DNA from: Phaeosaccion multiseriatum
Taxonomy: Eukaryota > Protista > Ochrophyta, other classes
Direction: 5' to 3'
DNA: 64,000 bases
Assembly: GCA_965112735.1 (NCBI GenBank)
Contig: OZ218958.1
Coordinates: forward strand, 248,001-312,000
This document shows, in pieces, positions 24,655 through 37,570 of the stretch. The stretch's first letter is position 1, and each line of letters starts with the position of its first letter. The position numbers were made by a program, and so were the translations under genes. The notes beneath the pieces are model-generated. The model was not told where the DNA came from, did no database searches, and worked only from the letters and a program-made list of their open reading frames with translations.

Positions 24655-25037
24655 TCCTCCTCCTCCTCCTCCCCCCCCTCCTCTTCCTCCTCCTCCTCCT
24701 CCTCCTCCTCCTCCTCCTCCTCCTCCTCCTCCTCCTCCTCCTCCTCCTCCTCCTCCTCCTCCTCCTCCTCCTCCTCCTCCTCCTCCTCCTCCTCCTCCTC
24801 CTCCTCCTCCTCCTCCTCCTCCTCCTCCTCCTCCTCCTCCTCCTCCTCCTCCTCCTCCTCCTCCTCCTCCTCCTCCTCCTCCTCCTCCTCCTCCTCCTCC
24901 TCCTCCTCCTCCTCCTCCTCCTCCTCCTCCTCCTCCTCCTCCTCCTCCTCCTCCTCCTCCTCCTCCTCCTCCTCCTCCTCCTCCTCCTCCTCCTCCTCCT
25001 CCTCCTCCTCCTCCTCCTCCTCCTCTTCCTCCTCCTC
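24655..25037. repeat. Very long (TCC/GGA)n trinucleotide tract (~125 units)
   Basis: Near-pure TCC run; reads as poly-Glu on the minus strand. Confidence 0.97.
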
Positions 25038-25071
25038 TGTGGCACTTCTTCTCACTTCGCCACCCCTCTGG

Positions 25072-26464
25072 TCACGGTGTGAAACACGCCAAGGTTGTGC
25101 TCCTGCTCTGCCCCCGACCCACGCTCCCTTTCATCCTGCATGCTTGGTGTATGCTGTGTGCTGTATCACCAACTGCTCCGTCACTGACGCAAGTCGTTCG
25201 TCTCATCCTCTCGTCTTCCTTCCCTGCCGCTTCTACCGTCGATGATCTGCTTAGTCCTTCTGAGTCCATTCCCCCCTGCTATTCGCCTCGCCCTTAGCAT
25301 CTTCTTGCACATCTCCTCTTCCTCCCCCTCCTCCTCTTCCATCTCTTCTCTCTTCTTCGTCTCCCCTGTCTCCTCCATCTCCTCCGCCTCCTTTGTCTTC
25401 TCCTCTTCATTCTCCTCCTCCTCCTCCCCCTCCTCCTCCTCCTCCTCCTCTCTCTCCTCCGTCTTCTTCTCCTCCTCTTCCCTCTCCTTCTCCTCCTTCT
25501 CCTCCCTCTCCTCCATCTTCTTCTCCTCCTCCTCCTCCTCCTCTCCTCCTCCTCCTTCTTGCTCTCCTTCTCCTCCTTCTCCTCCTTCTCCTCCTTCTCC
25601 TCCGTCTTCTTCTCCTCATCCTCCTCATCCTCCTCCTCCTCATCCTCCTCCTTCTGCGCGCCAAGCCGTCCGCCCCCGCCGAGATTGTGCACTTCTAAGC
25701 CAAAGGGTGATCCGACGAGGGGCTCAGACCGGATGGGGGCTTTCGGCGGACCACCCGCATGCATGGTGGCGGTAGAGCGCTGACCACGAGACCACGGGTC
25801 CTGCGTGCGGGAGTGTGTGGGTGTGCGCGTGCGAAAAAAAGAAAGGAGACGTTCCATTCAATAGGGGGAGGGGGGTGGTTTCGGTGTGACGCGAATCTGT
25901 GAGTGAGTGTGTGTCTGTGTGTGTCTATGTACGTGTATGTGTATGTGTATGTGTGAGACGCAAACGAAAGTCATGAATCAAGCAACAGACCAACTTCTTC
26001 CGCCCAGCAGAGAGACGCACTCACAATGGGCAGGGACGAGCGACGCGACGACCCAGCGCATGGGGTGGCGTCGGAGTCGGTCTCCTCCTCATCCCCCTCC
26101 GTGTCCCACAGCCCTCCCCAGAACACGTGCTGATACCCCGCCAACATGTCTGCAGTACCGGGCCTCAGTGGGGCGTCCAAGTCTACAGTCAGCCCCTCCA
26201 AGTGCGCCGGGAGCGACCTACTCCTTGTAGAACGTGCAGACCGGGTGGTGCCAACGCTGCTGCCAACGCTGCTGGCGCGGAGGGTGGGTTCCAGCCCCTG
26301 AGGGCTGAGCCACAAGTGAACGGGGAAAGTTCTCTTTCTCGCAGACCTGCCGCGACTGCTGAGGGAGGAGGGAGGAGGGAATGGGGTCCGTGGGCTGAGC
26401 CACTCAGGGCGGGAGCCGCGGCGCCGTGACGGTCTACGTGGTCGCGCTGTGTGTGTTTGCGTGT

Positions 26465-26506
<42 letters not shown>

Positions 26507-29459
26507 ATGTGCGTGTGTGTGTGTTTGCATGTGCGTGTGTGTGTGCGTGTGTGTGTTTGTGTGTGTGTGCGCGTGCGTGCGCGTACGTGCGTGTGTGTGT
26601 GTGTGCGTGCGTGGGCGTGTGTGTATGGTCGTGAAAGACGGCGTGTGGAGGGATGGCGTGATACGCAGGACAGGAGGAGCAGCGAAAGAAGAGGATTAGA
26701 CATGTCTTACAAACAATGGTGGGACTCAGCATTGCATAGGCAATTGGAAGGAAAGCCCAGCGGAAGGGCAGTGACTTCACCCAAGGGAGGAGGAGAGGCA
26801 GGCAGAGGGCGTATTGCTTCTTACATGGGGGGACTATGGGCGGAACGGGAGGCGGCGCGACGCAGAGCTGGCAGAGGCGCCCCGCGATGCAGTCGGCCAC
26901 GGAACATACCACGGAAGGGGAAGCTGCCCTTGACCCAACCGATGGCGAGGGGGTGCTTCCCGAGACGGGCCACTCCAAGTGGATGCAGAGGTGAAGTAGA
27001 AACCATACAGAGGGAAGGATACACAAAGGACTTGGGGAGGACGGAGGGAGGGAGGAAAGGAGGGAGGGGGGGAGGGAGAGAGGTGGGTGAGTGTCAGGTG
27101 GCTAGATATTACAGCAGTCTGCAACTCATACCCTCTCTCCATCTCCCTCCCTCCCTCCCTCCTTCCATCGCTCTCCCTCCCTCCCGCCCTCCCTCCCTCA
27201 CATGATCAAGAATGAGAGCGAAATGTCCCGTCCAAGCGCAGCAGATACAGCGTAGAGGAGCATTAGCAGTGAAGAGACTCCCCCGTAGACGGCGCCCGCC
27301 AGCACCAGCACTTTGAAGGTTCTGCGAGCCCCGCGTGCTCCACGACTGAGCGGGCCGCCGCTGGCCTCTACATCTTCCGTTCGCTTCTGAAGCAAGGCAA
27401 GCAAGCCCGCTTGCCATTTGTGGTCTATGTCGGCCTCTACCCATGCCTGGTGAGCCTCCTCCGCCAGTTGCCCTCTTTCATGAGCTGTTGCAGCCCTTTC
27501 CAACCGCTCAGCCTCTTCAGTCTGCAGCCGTCTCTCATTGGCCTCTTGAGCCTTCTTTTGTCTCTCAGCCTCTTCAGCCTTCAGCACTATCAGCCTAGTC
27601 TCTTTTTTCTGAATTGGATTCAAAGCCGTCGGTCCAACCGTGGTGCCTCCGGCAGTGGAGCAACTCGCCACTGAGGATCGGGGGGGCGACTCGACGGGTC
27701 CGCGCCGGGACTGAAAACGTCCAGAACGGCGGCCGATAGACTGGTCTGGCAACTTCTGAGTAACGTCCCGGTCCTCCCACCGCTCGATAGTCCCCTCGTC
27801 TTGCTCTACCACCCGGCCTTCTCCTCCCCCCTCCGCTTCTTCATAGGGCCACCATTCTGCAGCTGCTGGGGCTCCAAATCCGGGCTCCGACAGTTGCCGC
27901 GTCTCTTCATCTCCACCTGTTGCATTGGTCCCGTGGCCACTGCTTCCAATGCGGCTCATATTATTGAGGCTCCCACTTGGGGCCATGGTGCCCACGCTCT
28001 CCCCTTCTCTCTCCCCTATCCCCGAGTCTTCCAGTCCGGGTTCCGATGGTGGCTGAGTCTCCTCTCCATCTCCACCTGTACTCCCATGCCCACTGCTGCC
28101 AAGGCCGCTCAAATTGCTGGAGCTGCGGCGCGACCTGCTTCCGTCGGGACTGGCATTGCCGCTCCTCGAACTGCCTGCATTGTTGTGACGACGCCGACTG
28201 CCTGCCTCCTGTACCGCTTCCATTCCTATGGCTGTTAAAGCTGCTTGCGCTGCTGCTCGTGCTGCCGTTTCCATGGCTTCTGCCGCTTGGGCTGCTGCTC
28301 GTTCTGCCCGTGCATGCTCCTCCACCGCCGCTGCTGCTGCGTCCGACACATGGATCGCCTCGTTCGCCGCGTGTGCCGCTACTATCGCTGCAGTCGCCCT
28401 TGAGCTCACATGTCTCTCCGCGACTCGCACCTCGGCCTTAGCTGCCTTCTTCGCCTCCGCCTGCGCGGTCTCGACAGCCTCCAGCCTCTGCAGAAAAGCA
28501 CGTGCGATGAGGACCAGCACGGCCGAGCAGCACATGTGGAGCAACGCAAAATCAATAGCCACAATGGCGTAGGCCACGGTCAGCCGCCCCCGAGCCACAA
28601 CGATGACGGCCGCTGCAAGCAGGGGCAGGCAAAAGATGACAAGAAGGAGCGCGTGTCTAGCGCCGGATATGTAGGCGATGAGGAAGGCTACGCGGGAGTT
28701 GGCCGGGATGGAGCAGAAGTCCAAGCTGCGCACCCAGCGGGAGGGGGGGGTGGAACAACAAGAAAGAGGGTATGAGTAGGATACTCAGTCAGTCCATCAG
28801 TCCAGCAACTAAGAAAGTCCAAGCGAGGCACAGAGACATTCTCTCCCACCCCCCTCCCCCTCCCAGCCTCCAATCTCTCAACCTCCGCACTCCCTCCCCC
28901 CCTCCCCTGAGACGTGAATGCCCGCCCCCGACACTTACGTGGCCAGCCACAAGTCCACCACGAGCATGAAATCGACGACAGCAAAGCTCAAGGCCCAGAG
29001 CAGCTCCACCGCTAGCCAGCGTCGCGCAGTCCCCACATCGCCAGAGCTGTCTTGGGTGGGGGCTGAGGAAGTGGACAAGATCGACAGCATAGACATGAAG
29101 TGGACGGCGGTGAAGAGAGCCCAGAGGAAAGTCGCAAGCTTGAGCTGGGTCCGAAGCTTGTTGCGCCGCTCGCGTCTGCGCTTGTCGGCCGCTGCTGCAG
29201 CTGCTGCAGCTGCCTCTTGTGGTCCCACCGCACGCGAGGGTTCGTGAATGGGGGCACTGTGAGATGAAGACGCGGTGCTCTGTTGCGAGCGGTTGAAGAA
29301 GAGGTTGAGAAGGCGGTGCGTTCGGTGGGAGCTTGGGCCATCATCGATGTCACTTGTCCCGCCGCTGCAGATGCAACAGAGGCAGAGGAGCAGGAGCGTG
29401 GACAAGGCGGCCGCTATCGCACTTGTCGCGAAAGACTCTTCCACGGTCGACGAGGTCAT
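25072..29459 (-). CDS. Orphan seven-transmembrane (GPCR-like topology) protein with very long third intracellular loop and acidic tail
   Basis: Exons at ~29459-28939, ~28737-27202, 27030-~26825, ~26447-26026 and from ~25801. Seven hydrophobic segments: [16 protein letters not shown]; [21 protein letters not shown]; [24 protein letters not shown]; [20 protein letters not shown]; [25 protein letters not shown]; [24 protein letters not shown]; ISLSFLI|[13 protein letters not shown]. The 3' end is uncertain (frame shifts inside GA-rich repeats), and a further 5' exon is possible. Confidence 0.6.
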
Positions 29460-30531
29460 CTCTCCTGCGGCCGTGCGCGTGCGCGTGGGTGAGGAGGAGG
29501 AGGGAGGAGGAAGCGTGGGAGAGGGGGAAAGGATGAGAAGAGATGGGAAAAGAGGAGCGAACACTCTGGGCCAATCCTACGACCCCTGCAGCAGGGAATA
29601 GATTCTTTCTCCACCCCTAGAGTGCGTAAGTAACACAAAGATAGGGGAAGGGAGAGACGTAGCGAGGCACAAGAGAGAACGCGCCAAGCACCTCGTAAAG
29701 GCAGCAGCAGCCTCATCGCAACTTCCCCACATCACATCACAGCCCACCCACACAGCCCCTCCTTGCGGCATTCCACCTCCTCTACCCCTTGCAATGCGGT
29801 ACCGACCTGCGCCGCGGACCCAGCGGAGGGTCCGTAGCGAGGGTCCGGCGCGGGAAGGCTCGGATTGGTTTGCGTCGACGGGAAGGCCCGCTGGCTGCGT
29901 TCGAGCTACACGCCGCCCACGTGACCTCCGAGATGAGCCGCTCGGTAGTGCGCTGAGGGGGCGGAGAGGAGTTTGGTATACTTCTGTCGTTCCGCAGGCG
30001 AGAAGGAAGGTCAGGAGCAGCAGCGGACGGTGGAGTTCTCAACGGGGGGGGAAGCTCAAAAGAAAAAAGGAGGGGGCTCCCTCTCCCAGAAGTGCTTTAT
30101 CTAATCGATGAATGGCATGCTCTGTACCTGTTAGATGGAGGGGTGCTCCCGCAAAGTCATGCCGAAGACGATGGGCCCATAGGCATGCTGGGCCTGTTTG
30201 GCGCGTTTCCCGCCAGCCAGGCCGAACCAACGAAAAGTAAGAAGCGGGGCCGCAGGCCGAGCAAAGACGCACCACAGATCAGGAGAGTAGTACGGAACCT
30301 CTGTGTGGGTAGTCTCACTTCGACAGGCCCTTCCTGCTCACTCAACAAGAAAAGTTTGGCATACCCCTAAAAGCCAAAAAGGGGATATCAAAAGGGAGCC
30401 AGCGAGACATGAGATACGTCCAACTGGCGACGACCCCGAGGACCAACACGTAAGGGCGTTGGCCCCCTCCCTCGTCCAACCCCCACTTATTTACCGTTGC
30501 CATGCACAGGGCCTGAAGCGGGTGCTCTGCC

Positions 30532-33500
30532 ATGGGGAATACGGCCAGCTCTGGTCTACCTTTCGAGGTGGGCGATGAGGTAGTGGGCTTCGCCAACTAC
30601 GCTGGAGGATGCACGCCATGGAAGATGTACACCGGAAAACGCAAGGTTCGTGGGTGTGATTCTTTCTATCTAACGGGGGGGAGGGATCATGCCTTTGCTC
30701 GCAAGGTCCTTCCTGTCTCTTTGAGGGTGCTGAATCGCCTTGCTAGCTCCTTTCTTAGGCTTTCCCTGCGGACCCCTTCCCTGCCCCCCTTCTACCTCCT
30801 CCCATGCCTTGCCTCCCTTCATTCCTCCAGAGCGATGGCTCTGCGGTGTCCATCTTCCGGCTGGACAAGCAAGCCGTCGCCAACCCTGCCGCACTCGCCG
30901 CAGCGCAGGTAGGAACACTCACACACTCGTACACCTTACACCGCTGGGCAGGAACGAATTTCGTCTTCCCCCCTTCTGTCGCGTTGGACGTGCATATAGG
31001 CGCACCTCTCTTCCTCCCCTCTGCCGCGGCATGCCGCTCTCATGGATACCCCACTCTCAGCCCACCACCACCAACCCCACCACCACCTCACACACCCTCT
31101 GACTCACCCCCAACGCAGCACGCCATGACCGAGGCGCGCAAATTGCGACATCCCTTCATGCTGAGCTTCCTGGAGAGCGCGGACATGGAGACCGAAATGC
31201 TCCTCGCCACCGAGCACGTGGTCCCTCTGGCAGACTGGATGCACAGCAAGCGGTTTGAGAAGGGCACGGAGCAGCGAAGGGAAGACCAACTGGCGTGGGG
31301 TATGCACTGCGCACTTTCGGCGCTGAAATTCCTACACGAGGACTGCAAAATGGCCCACAGCAATATCTGCATGCAGAGCGTCTTTGTCACCCCGGGGGGC
31401 GATTGGAAAATCGGGGGTCTGGATCTGCTGGGGCCGCTAACCAGTGAGAGTGTAGGGTTGAGCCGCTCCAACACCGGACTGCAGCCGCAGCGCTTCCAGT
31501 CCCCCGAGCGGGTGTCCGGGCAGTGGGGCAATGACCATTTGGACAGTCACCCCATCCACTGCATGGACATGTGGGCACTCTGCGGGGTGCTGCAGCTCGT
31601 GTGTGAGGCTGGGGACGACGAGGATGAGGAGGGAGGGGGGGGGGGGACGAGGGGCAGAGAGAGGGGAGTGCCCGCTGCCCTGGACAAGTACATGCAGCGC
31701 ATGAAGGCTTCTCCGGCCAAGCGAAGGCCCACGGCGGGGCAGTACCTGCGCTGCGCCTTTGTGAAGCGTGCAGCGGTGGACAGGCTCAAGTTTCTCGCTG
31801 AGATTGCCATCAAGTCTGCCGCAGAGAGGCGAGTAGGCCTGGGTGTGGGTGTGGATGTGGGTGTGGGTGTGGGTGTGGGCGTGTACGTGCGCGTAGGCGT
31901 GAGGAGCACAGCACTCCCTTGTCCACCCAGGCAGGCAGCTCCAACTCTCTGTGTCACACACGCTCTCTGTCTGCCGGTCTCTTTCTGCCCGTCTTGTCTA
32001 TCTCCTGTCTCTCCTACTGCCTCGCTGCATGTCCAACCCATCGTTATCCATCTCACCCCACCTACCCCCCCCCTACCCCCCACCTCCCCCCCACCCCACC
32101 CCACCCAACAAACTTCCGAACCAACTGACCAACCAACCATCCACTGCCGTCCACGCACACCCCAGGGCGGCCTTTCTGGACGGGCTGAAAGTCGAGGACC
32201 TTCCCCGAGAGGCGAGGGAGCACAAGCTCGCAACGTTCCTCATCGCAGAGCTGGACAAGCTCATCGCTGCCTCCGGAACCGCAGGGGGCGCGGCGGTGAG
32301 GGCTGGGGTAGGTATGGCCCTACCGCATCTACTTGCCGTGGCCGGGGAAGTGGAGGACAATGTGTGGTTCGAGAGGCACTTACAGCCATTGCTAGTGGCC
32401 CTATTCGGCATCAACGATCGTGGGGTGCGGGTGTTGATGCTCTCCAAGCTTGATCTCTACGGGGGGCGTCTGAGCGAGGTCGCCGTGAACCAGGTACATG
32501 CATTGAGTGGGTCGGTTTGTGTCCCTCTCTCTTCCCTTTTGACTACCACCACGCTTACGCTATAGCCAGTCTCTTTCCTCCCTCCCTCTTCCTCCTCTTC
32601 TTTCCTCCTCCTCCTCTTCCTCCTCCGCATCCTCCTCCTCATCCTCCTCCTCCTCATCCTCCTCCTCCTCCTCCTCCTCCTCCTCCTCCTCCTCCTCCTC
32701 CTCCTCCTCCTCCTCCTCAGCCCACCCCAACCCAACCCACGCCCCCCAACACCAACCTCACCCCCCCCCCCATCCCCAACCTGCTACCCCCATCCCCTCT
32801 GCTCCAACAGATCTTCGAACCCCTGTGCGCAGGCTTCACAGACGCCGCCCCCGCCCTGCGTGAGATCACTCTCAAGAGCATGGTGACCCTGACGGACCGT
32901 CTCAACACCAGAAACCTTAACGACAAGCTCATAAGGCACCTCGGCAAGCTTCAGGCAAGGTGGTAGAGGAGAGGAGGGAGAGAGAGAGTGAGAGAGAGAG
33001 AGAGCGAGAGAGTGAGTGAGCCTGAGAGAGAGAAGGAAGAGGAGGAAGAAAGAGAAAGTCCTTGTCTTGCCTTTGCCTTCCCTTCCTTGCCATGCCTTTG
33101 CCTCGTCTTACGCCCACCTACCACCCACTACTGGTTCCTAACCATTCCTACCCTTGCACGCACCAGGCCGACCCCGAAGACTCTATCCGCACAAACTCCA
33201 TCATCTTCCTCGGCAAGATCGCCAAGCGGCTGCAGCCATCTGTGAGGGACAAGGTGCTTCTCCAGGCCTTCAGCAAGGGCATCAGGGACGCCTTCCCAGC
33301 GGCAAGGCTGGCCGGACTCAGGGCCACGGCCTCGTGTCAGGTGCGTGGGATGAGAGGGGTACAGGGGACATGAAACTGGACCTGAAACTGGGCAGCAGTC
33401 TGTGTGTCAGGCGTCAGGCGCTGGGCTGCTCGCTGCTCTCCGCCTCTCTGCCTTTGCCTACACCTTTTCCCATCCCCTCCCTCCCTCCATCCCTCCCTCC

Positions 33501-34637
33501 CCTCCCTCTCTCCCTCCATCCCCTCCCTCTCTCCCTCCCTCTCTCCCTCCCTCCCCTCCCTCCATCCCTCCATCCCTCCCTCCCCACCTCCCCCAGGAAT
33601 TCTTCGAGCCTAGAGACGTGTGCACCCGTGTGCTTCCATCTGTCATGCCGTGCCTTCTCGACCCCACGTCCACGGCGGTGCGAGTGGCGGCTTTTGCTTG
33701 CGTAGACACGTATATGGGCACGTTGAGAGAGCAATCCGATGCTATGCAGAGGGAGGAGGAGGCCCGGCGGAGGCAGAGGGAGGAGGAGGAGGGGAGGAGG
33801 ATGCAAGACCAACACATGCAATTTAGTGGTGGTGAGGGAGGAGGAGGGGGGGGGGGAGGCTATAACTATAGTGGTGGTGGTGCGGGTGGTGGGGGTAGTA
33901 AGTCAGGGAAGGGGGAGGGGGAGTCCGGCGCGGGGTGGGGCAGCTGGGCGCTGGGCAAGATCTCCGCCACGCTCGTCGCTTCGGCTGTTGCGGAGGGGCC
34001 CATGGGAGGGGTGGGGTCAACCCCAGGGACGGGGGTTCAGCAGCAGCAGTTGGTGATACAGCGGCAGGACAGTGGGTACGCTGTGGAGCAGCAAAATGGA
34101 GAACCTGGTGTAGAAGGGGCGAAAGGGAGAGGAGGAGGAGGAGGAGGAGGAGGAGGAGGAGGAGGAGGAGGAGCAGCGGACGGCTGGGGAGACGACGACG
34201 GTCTTGATGGCGATGTGGGTGGGATGGCAGTGGATGGCGGCCACGGGGGGGCTCAAGGAGGTGGGGGCAGGGCGGGGGGAGCAGCGGCCCCAGGGGGGGG
34301 AGTGGCCCCAGGGGGGGCAGAGACAGCGGAGGACAGAGCTCTGAAGCGTGAGAAGAGGAGACTCGAAATGGACAAGCGCAAGGCAGAGCGTGCGGCCGCC
34401 AGGGAGGCTGCAGCAGCTGGTGATACAGCAGTTGGTGGTTCGGCTGTCAAACTGTCGGGCATGAAGCTGAAGGGGCGGAAGGGCAGTGCCGGTGGGGCGC
34501 TGAAGATCGGCTTGAGTGGTGGGACGGGCAAAGACTCTACTGCTGCTGTATCACCAACTGCTGCTGCTGCTGCTGCTGCTGCTCCTGCCACCGCTGCCGA
34601 CGGGTGGGGGGACGACGAGTGGGGGGACGGCTTATGA
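30532..34637 (+). CDS. SCY1-like (SCYL1/SCYL3/CEX1 family) pseudokinase with HEAT repeats
   Basis: MGNTASS start; WKMYTGKRK|SDGSAVSIF; ARKLRHPFMLSF; LATEHVVPL; HSNICMQSVFVTPGGDWKIGGLD (no catalytic Asp or DFG). HEAT segments: LFGINDRGVRVLML, GFTDAAPALREITLKSM, DPEDSIRTNSIIFLGKIA, IRDAFPAARLAGL, VLPSVMPCLLDP..VR..AF. Disordered tail with WGDD motifs; stop at 34635-34637. Confidence 0.92.
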
Positions 34638-35612
34638 TGGGCAGAGGAGGACGGGAGGGGACGGCCTATGGTGGGCAGGAGGGGGGGGGTCGTTGGTATG
34701 GGACAACGACGGCTAAGCTGATGGTAATGGGTCATAATGGGTATTGGGTAATGGGTAATGGGTCTTGTCCTGCTTCCCAGAGAGTCCTGTGTGAAACGGT
34801 TGATAACGAGGCTTTTTTTTCTTTGATTGAATTGAATGACCGAGAGAGAGAGGGTGGGCAAGAAGTGGGTATCTAAGCTGGGCACTCCCCCTCTTGGCCT
34901 GTGAAAGTTGGCCTTGTCCTAGGGCTGAAGTGGGTATCTAAGCTGGGCACTCCCCCGCACTATGACAGTGCCCAAGGTCTGCTCACTTCGTAAGTTTACA
35001 TCAAAGATTTCGCCACTCCTTTCATTTTCGGAACTCACCACCCTGTAAAAAAATACCACCGTTTTATTAAAGGAGACACCAAACCAACCCCCCCCCCCCC
35101 CCTCACTTCCACCCCAAACAACTGTTTATGAAGGGTGATCGTGTTGCCCTCGTCGAACAAGTCGAATCTCGGCATCATTGCTCCTGCAACCTCTATCAAG
35201 TTCAGTTCTGAGGTAATAAACTGAAACTCCTGTTCCGTACGTAAGGGCCATGCGGGTCTTACATAAGGGTGACTTGCAGCCCAGAGGGCCCTCACCCCCC
35301 CCCTTAAAGTGCATCTATCGCCGGGTGTTGTTGGTTACGCGTCCCAGGTAAGGATGGGTAAGGCGAATGCAACAAGACCCTCAGAATCTTTGGTAACATT
35401 AGTGACACTGCACTACGCCAATCGCCTTTGAGGTGTCTCGGAGGTGAGTGAGCTCTCTTAAGGCTCAAAAGGCCATCTTATGCTTGCCCAAAAGGGAGCG
35501 GGTGAAGGAGAACGGAACGGAAAGGAAAGGAAAGGTGTGCCAAAAGCTCGTCCACCGCCCGGCCCTGGGGGCTCCTTTTGCTCCCGTCTGCTCTGCTCTG
35601 ATAGTCTCGTCG

Positions 35613-35646
<34 letters not shown>

Positions 35647-36442
35647 GTCTCTCTCTCTCGCCCTGTCCGTTCCCCTCCCCTCCCTGGTTGTCCTTGTGGA
35701 GCCCCTGTCTTCCTTGTGAGCAGCGGTCCCAGCCGTATGCCCAACGGCTGCAGCTGCAGACTCACTCCCTAGTGATTGATGCTTTGCACCACTTGTTTCC
35801 GTCGCACCAACAGCCCAGGATACTCTGACTGCCATTGACTGCCATCTCATTCCTCAACTGCGAAACGCCAAAACGAAACGCCGCGGTGCGGGGGCTCTTC
35901 TCGTCTCTGCCGTAACTTTGTGTTGGTGCAGCCTAAGACTTACAGCCTCTCTGTCAAGCGAAAATTCAAACCTCTGAAGTGCTGTGCATCTGGGGTGATT
36001 CGTTTGTTGGTTGGCCCCCCGGGGCCTTGCAGAGCGGACCCTGCTCCTTCCCACTTGACTGCAGAGGGTCGATCGACTTGGCTCCTTCCCCTTCCTGAAG
36101 GGCATATGGGCAACATCGAACATCGTGGGTGCAGTACTACTGCCACCCCTCGACATGTTGCGGAGCGAAATTTTTAGAAAGGCAATCCACGATGTTCCCA
36201 ATTCAGAGAATCGATCGCTTGCTCCCTCAGCTCCCACTTCACTCCAGAAGATCGAAGATCGATGATGGGATTTCGTCCCCAGCCCGGCGCCAAAGCCTGC
36301 GACCATACCATCAGGTGCCATCTACGGGCCTACTACCCTCCGCTGCCATCCCATCCCATCCCATCCCGCTCTCACTTCCCGTGCCCCGCCTCATCTGCGG
36401 ACAGGGCCAGGCCATGAAGCACACACACACACACACACACAC

Positions 36443-36475
<33 letters not shown>

Positions 36476-36631
36476 CAACCTCGTACAAGCCCCTTCGCCT
36501 TCGCTCTCGCCTTCGCCCTACCCAACTCTGTCGTCTCTTGATTGTCATGGCCTATCCAACGCTGTCGTCTCTTCATTGTCTCGTTTGGTCTCATCCCGTC
36601 TCGCCACCATCAAGCCTTCTCATCATCATGT

Positions 36632-37539
36632 CTACTTTGGGTTCTCCTTGGTACTCTGCGGGCCGAGGTTCGAGTACATGAGGCTGGCAATCTTCTTGGC
36701 CATCTTCCTGCCCCCCGAAGCGCTGGGCTCCACGCGACTCACATAATCCCTCTCATCACTCCCATCGAGCGCCTCGAACAGAGGCACGGGCACCACCCGG
36801 CAGCCCTCGATCTTGATGTTGCAAGTGGCCCGCTCAAAGAGCGCTTTGATGATGGCCTGCAGCCGCTGCGGCTCGTTGTGGTACTTGAGAAAGCCAAGGA
36901 CGCGGTCTGCCCAGCCAGAGCCTCCCACCCCGGGGTAGTAGATCATGCACACCAGCACAGCAGCTGAAAGAACACGCGAGTGCAGAGGTAGATGCGGTCA
37001 GGAGACAGGACAGGGACGAGGGGGTGGGGTGGGTCGGGGTGGGAGCAAGCGGTGAGCGACGGGCGAGAGCTCTTCGGCCAAAGGAGGGTCTCCCTCCCTC
37101 CCTCCCTCCCTCCCTCCCTCCCTCCTCCCTCCCTCCCTCCGACGCGCCCAAGGAGCCCCAAAACAGCCGTTGCAACGGAGACGGCGAATGTATTTCACGC
37201 GCAAACGCTCGGCATTCACGGCAGCAGCAGCAGCAGTAGCAGCAGCAGCAGCAGTAGCAGCAGCAGCAGCAGAAAGACACGCCCCTCCCCCCTCCACCCC
37301 TCACCTGGCTTGGGCTTCCCCTCAAGAATGCGCTCAATGTAGGCCTGCACCTGATCCCTAAAGAGGCGCTCGAAGTGGCGCAGGCCCCACACGGAGCCGG
37401 GCCGGGCCTCGAGAGCGGGCGCGTTGTGTAGGAGATTGAGCAGCATCATGTTCCACATCGTCGCCAAGCTGTGGCCATCATGGCAAGTCAGTCAGTCAGT
37501 CAGTCAGTCAGTCAGTCAGTCAGACAGTCAATCAGTCAA

Positions 37540-37570
<31 letters not shown>

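Noticed and set aside
34862-34956. 30-bp repeat / 35-bp spacer with CRISPR-like geometry
   Set aside because: Only two repeats, eukaryotic context, and no cas genes or leader.
35854-36321. 155-aa minus-strand ORF
   Set aside because: No recognisable domain or coherent gene structure; may be UTR or decayed sequence.
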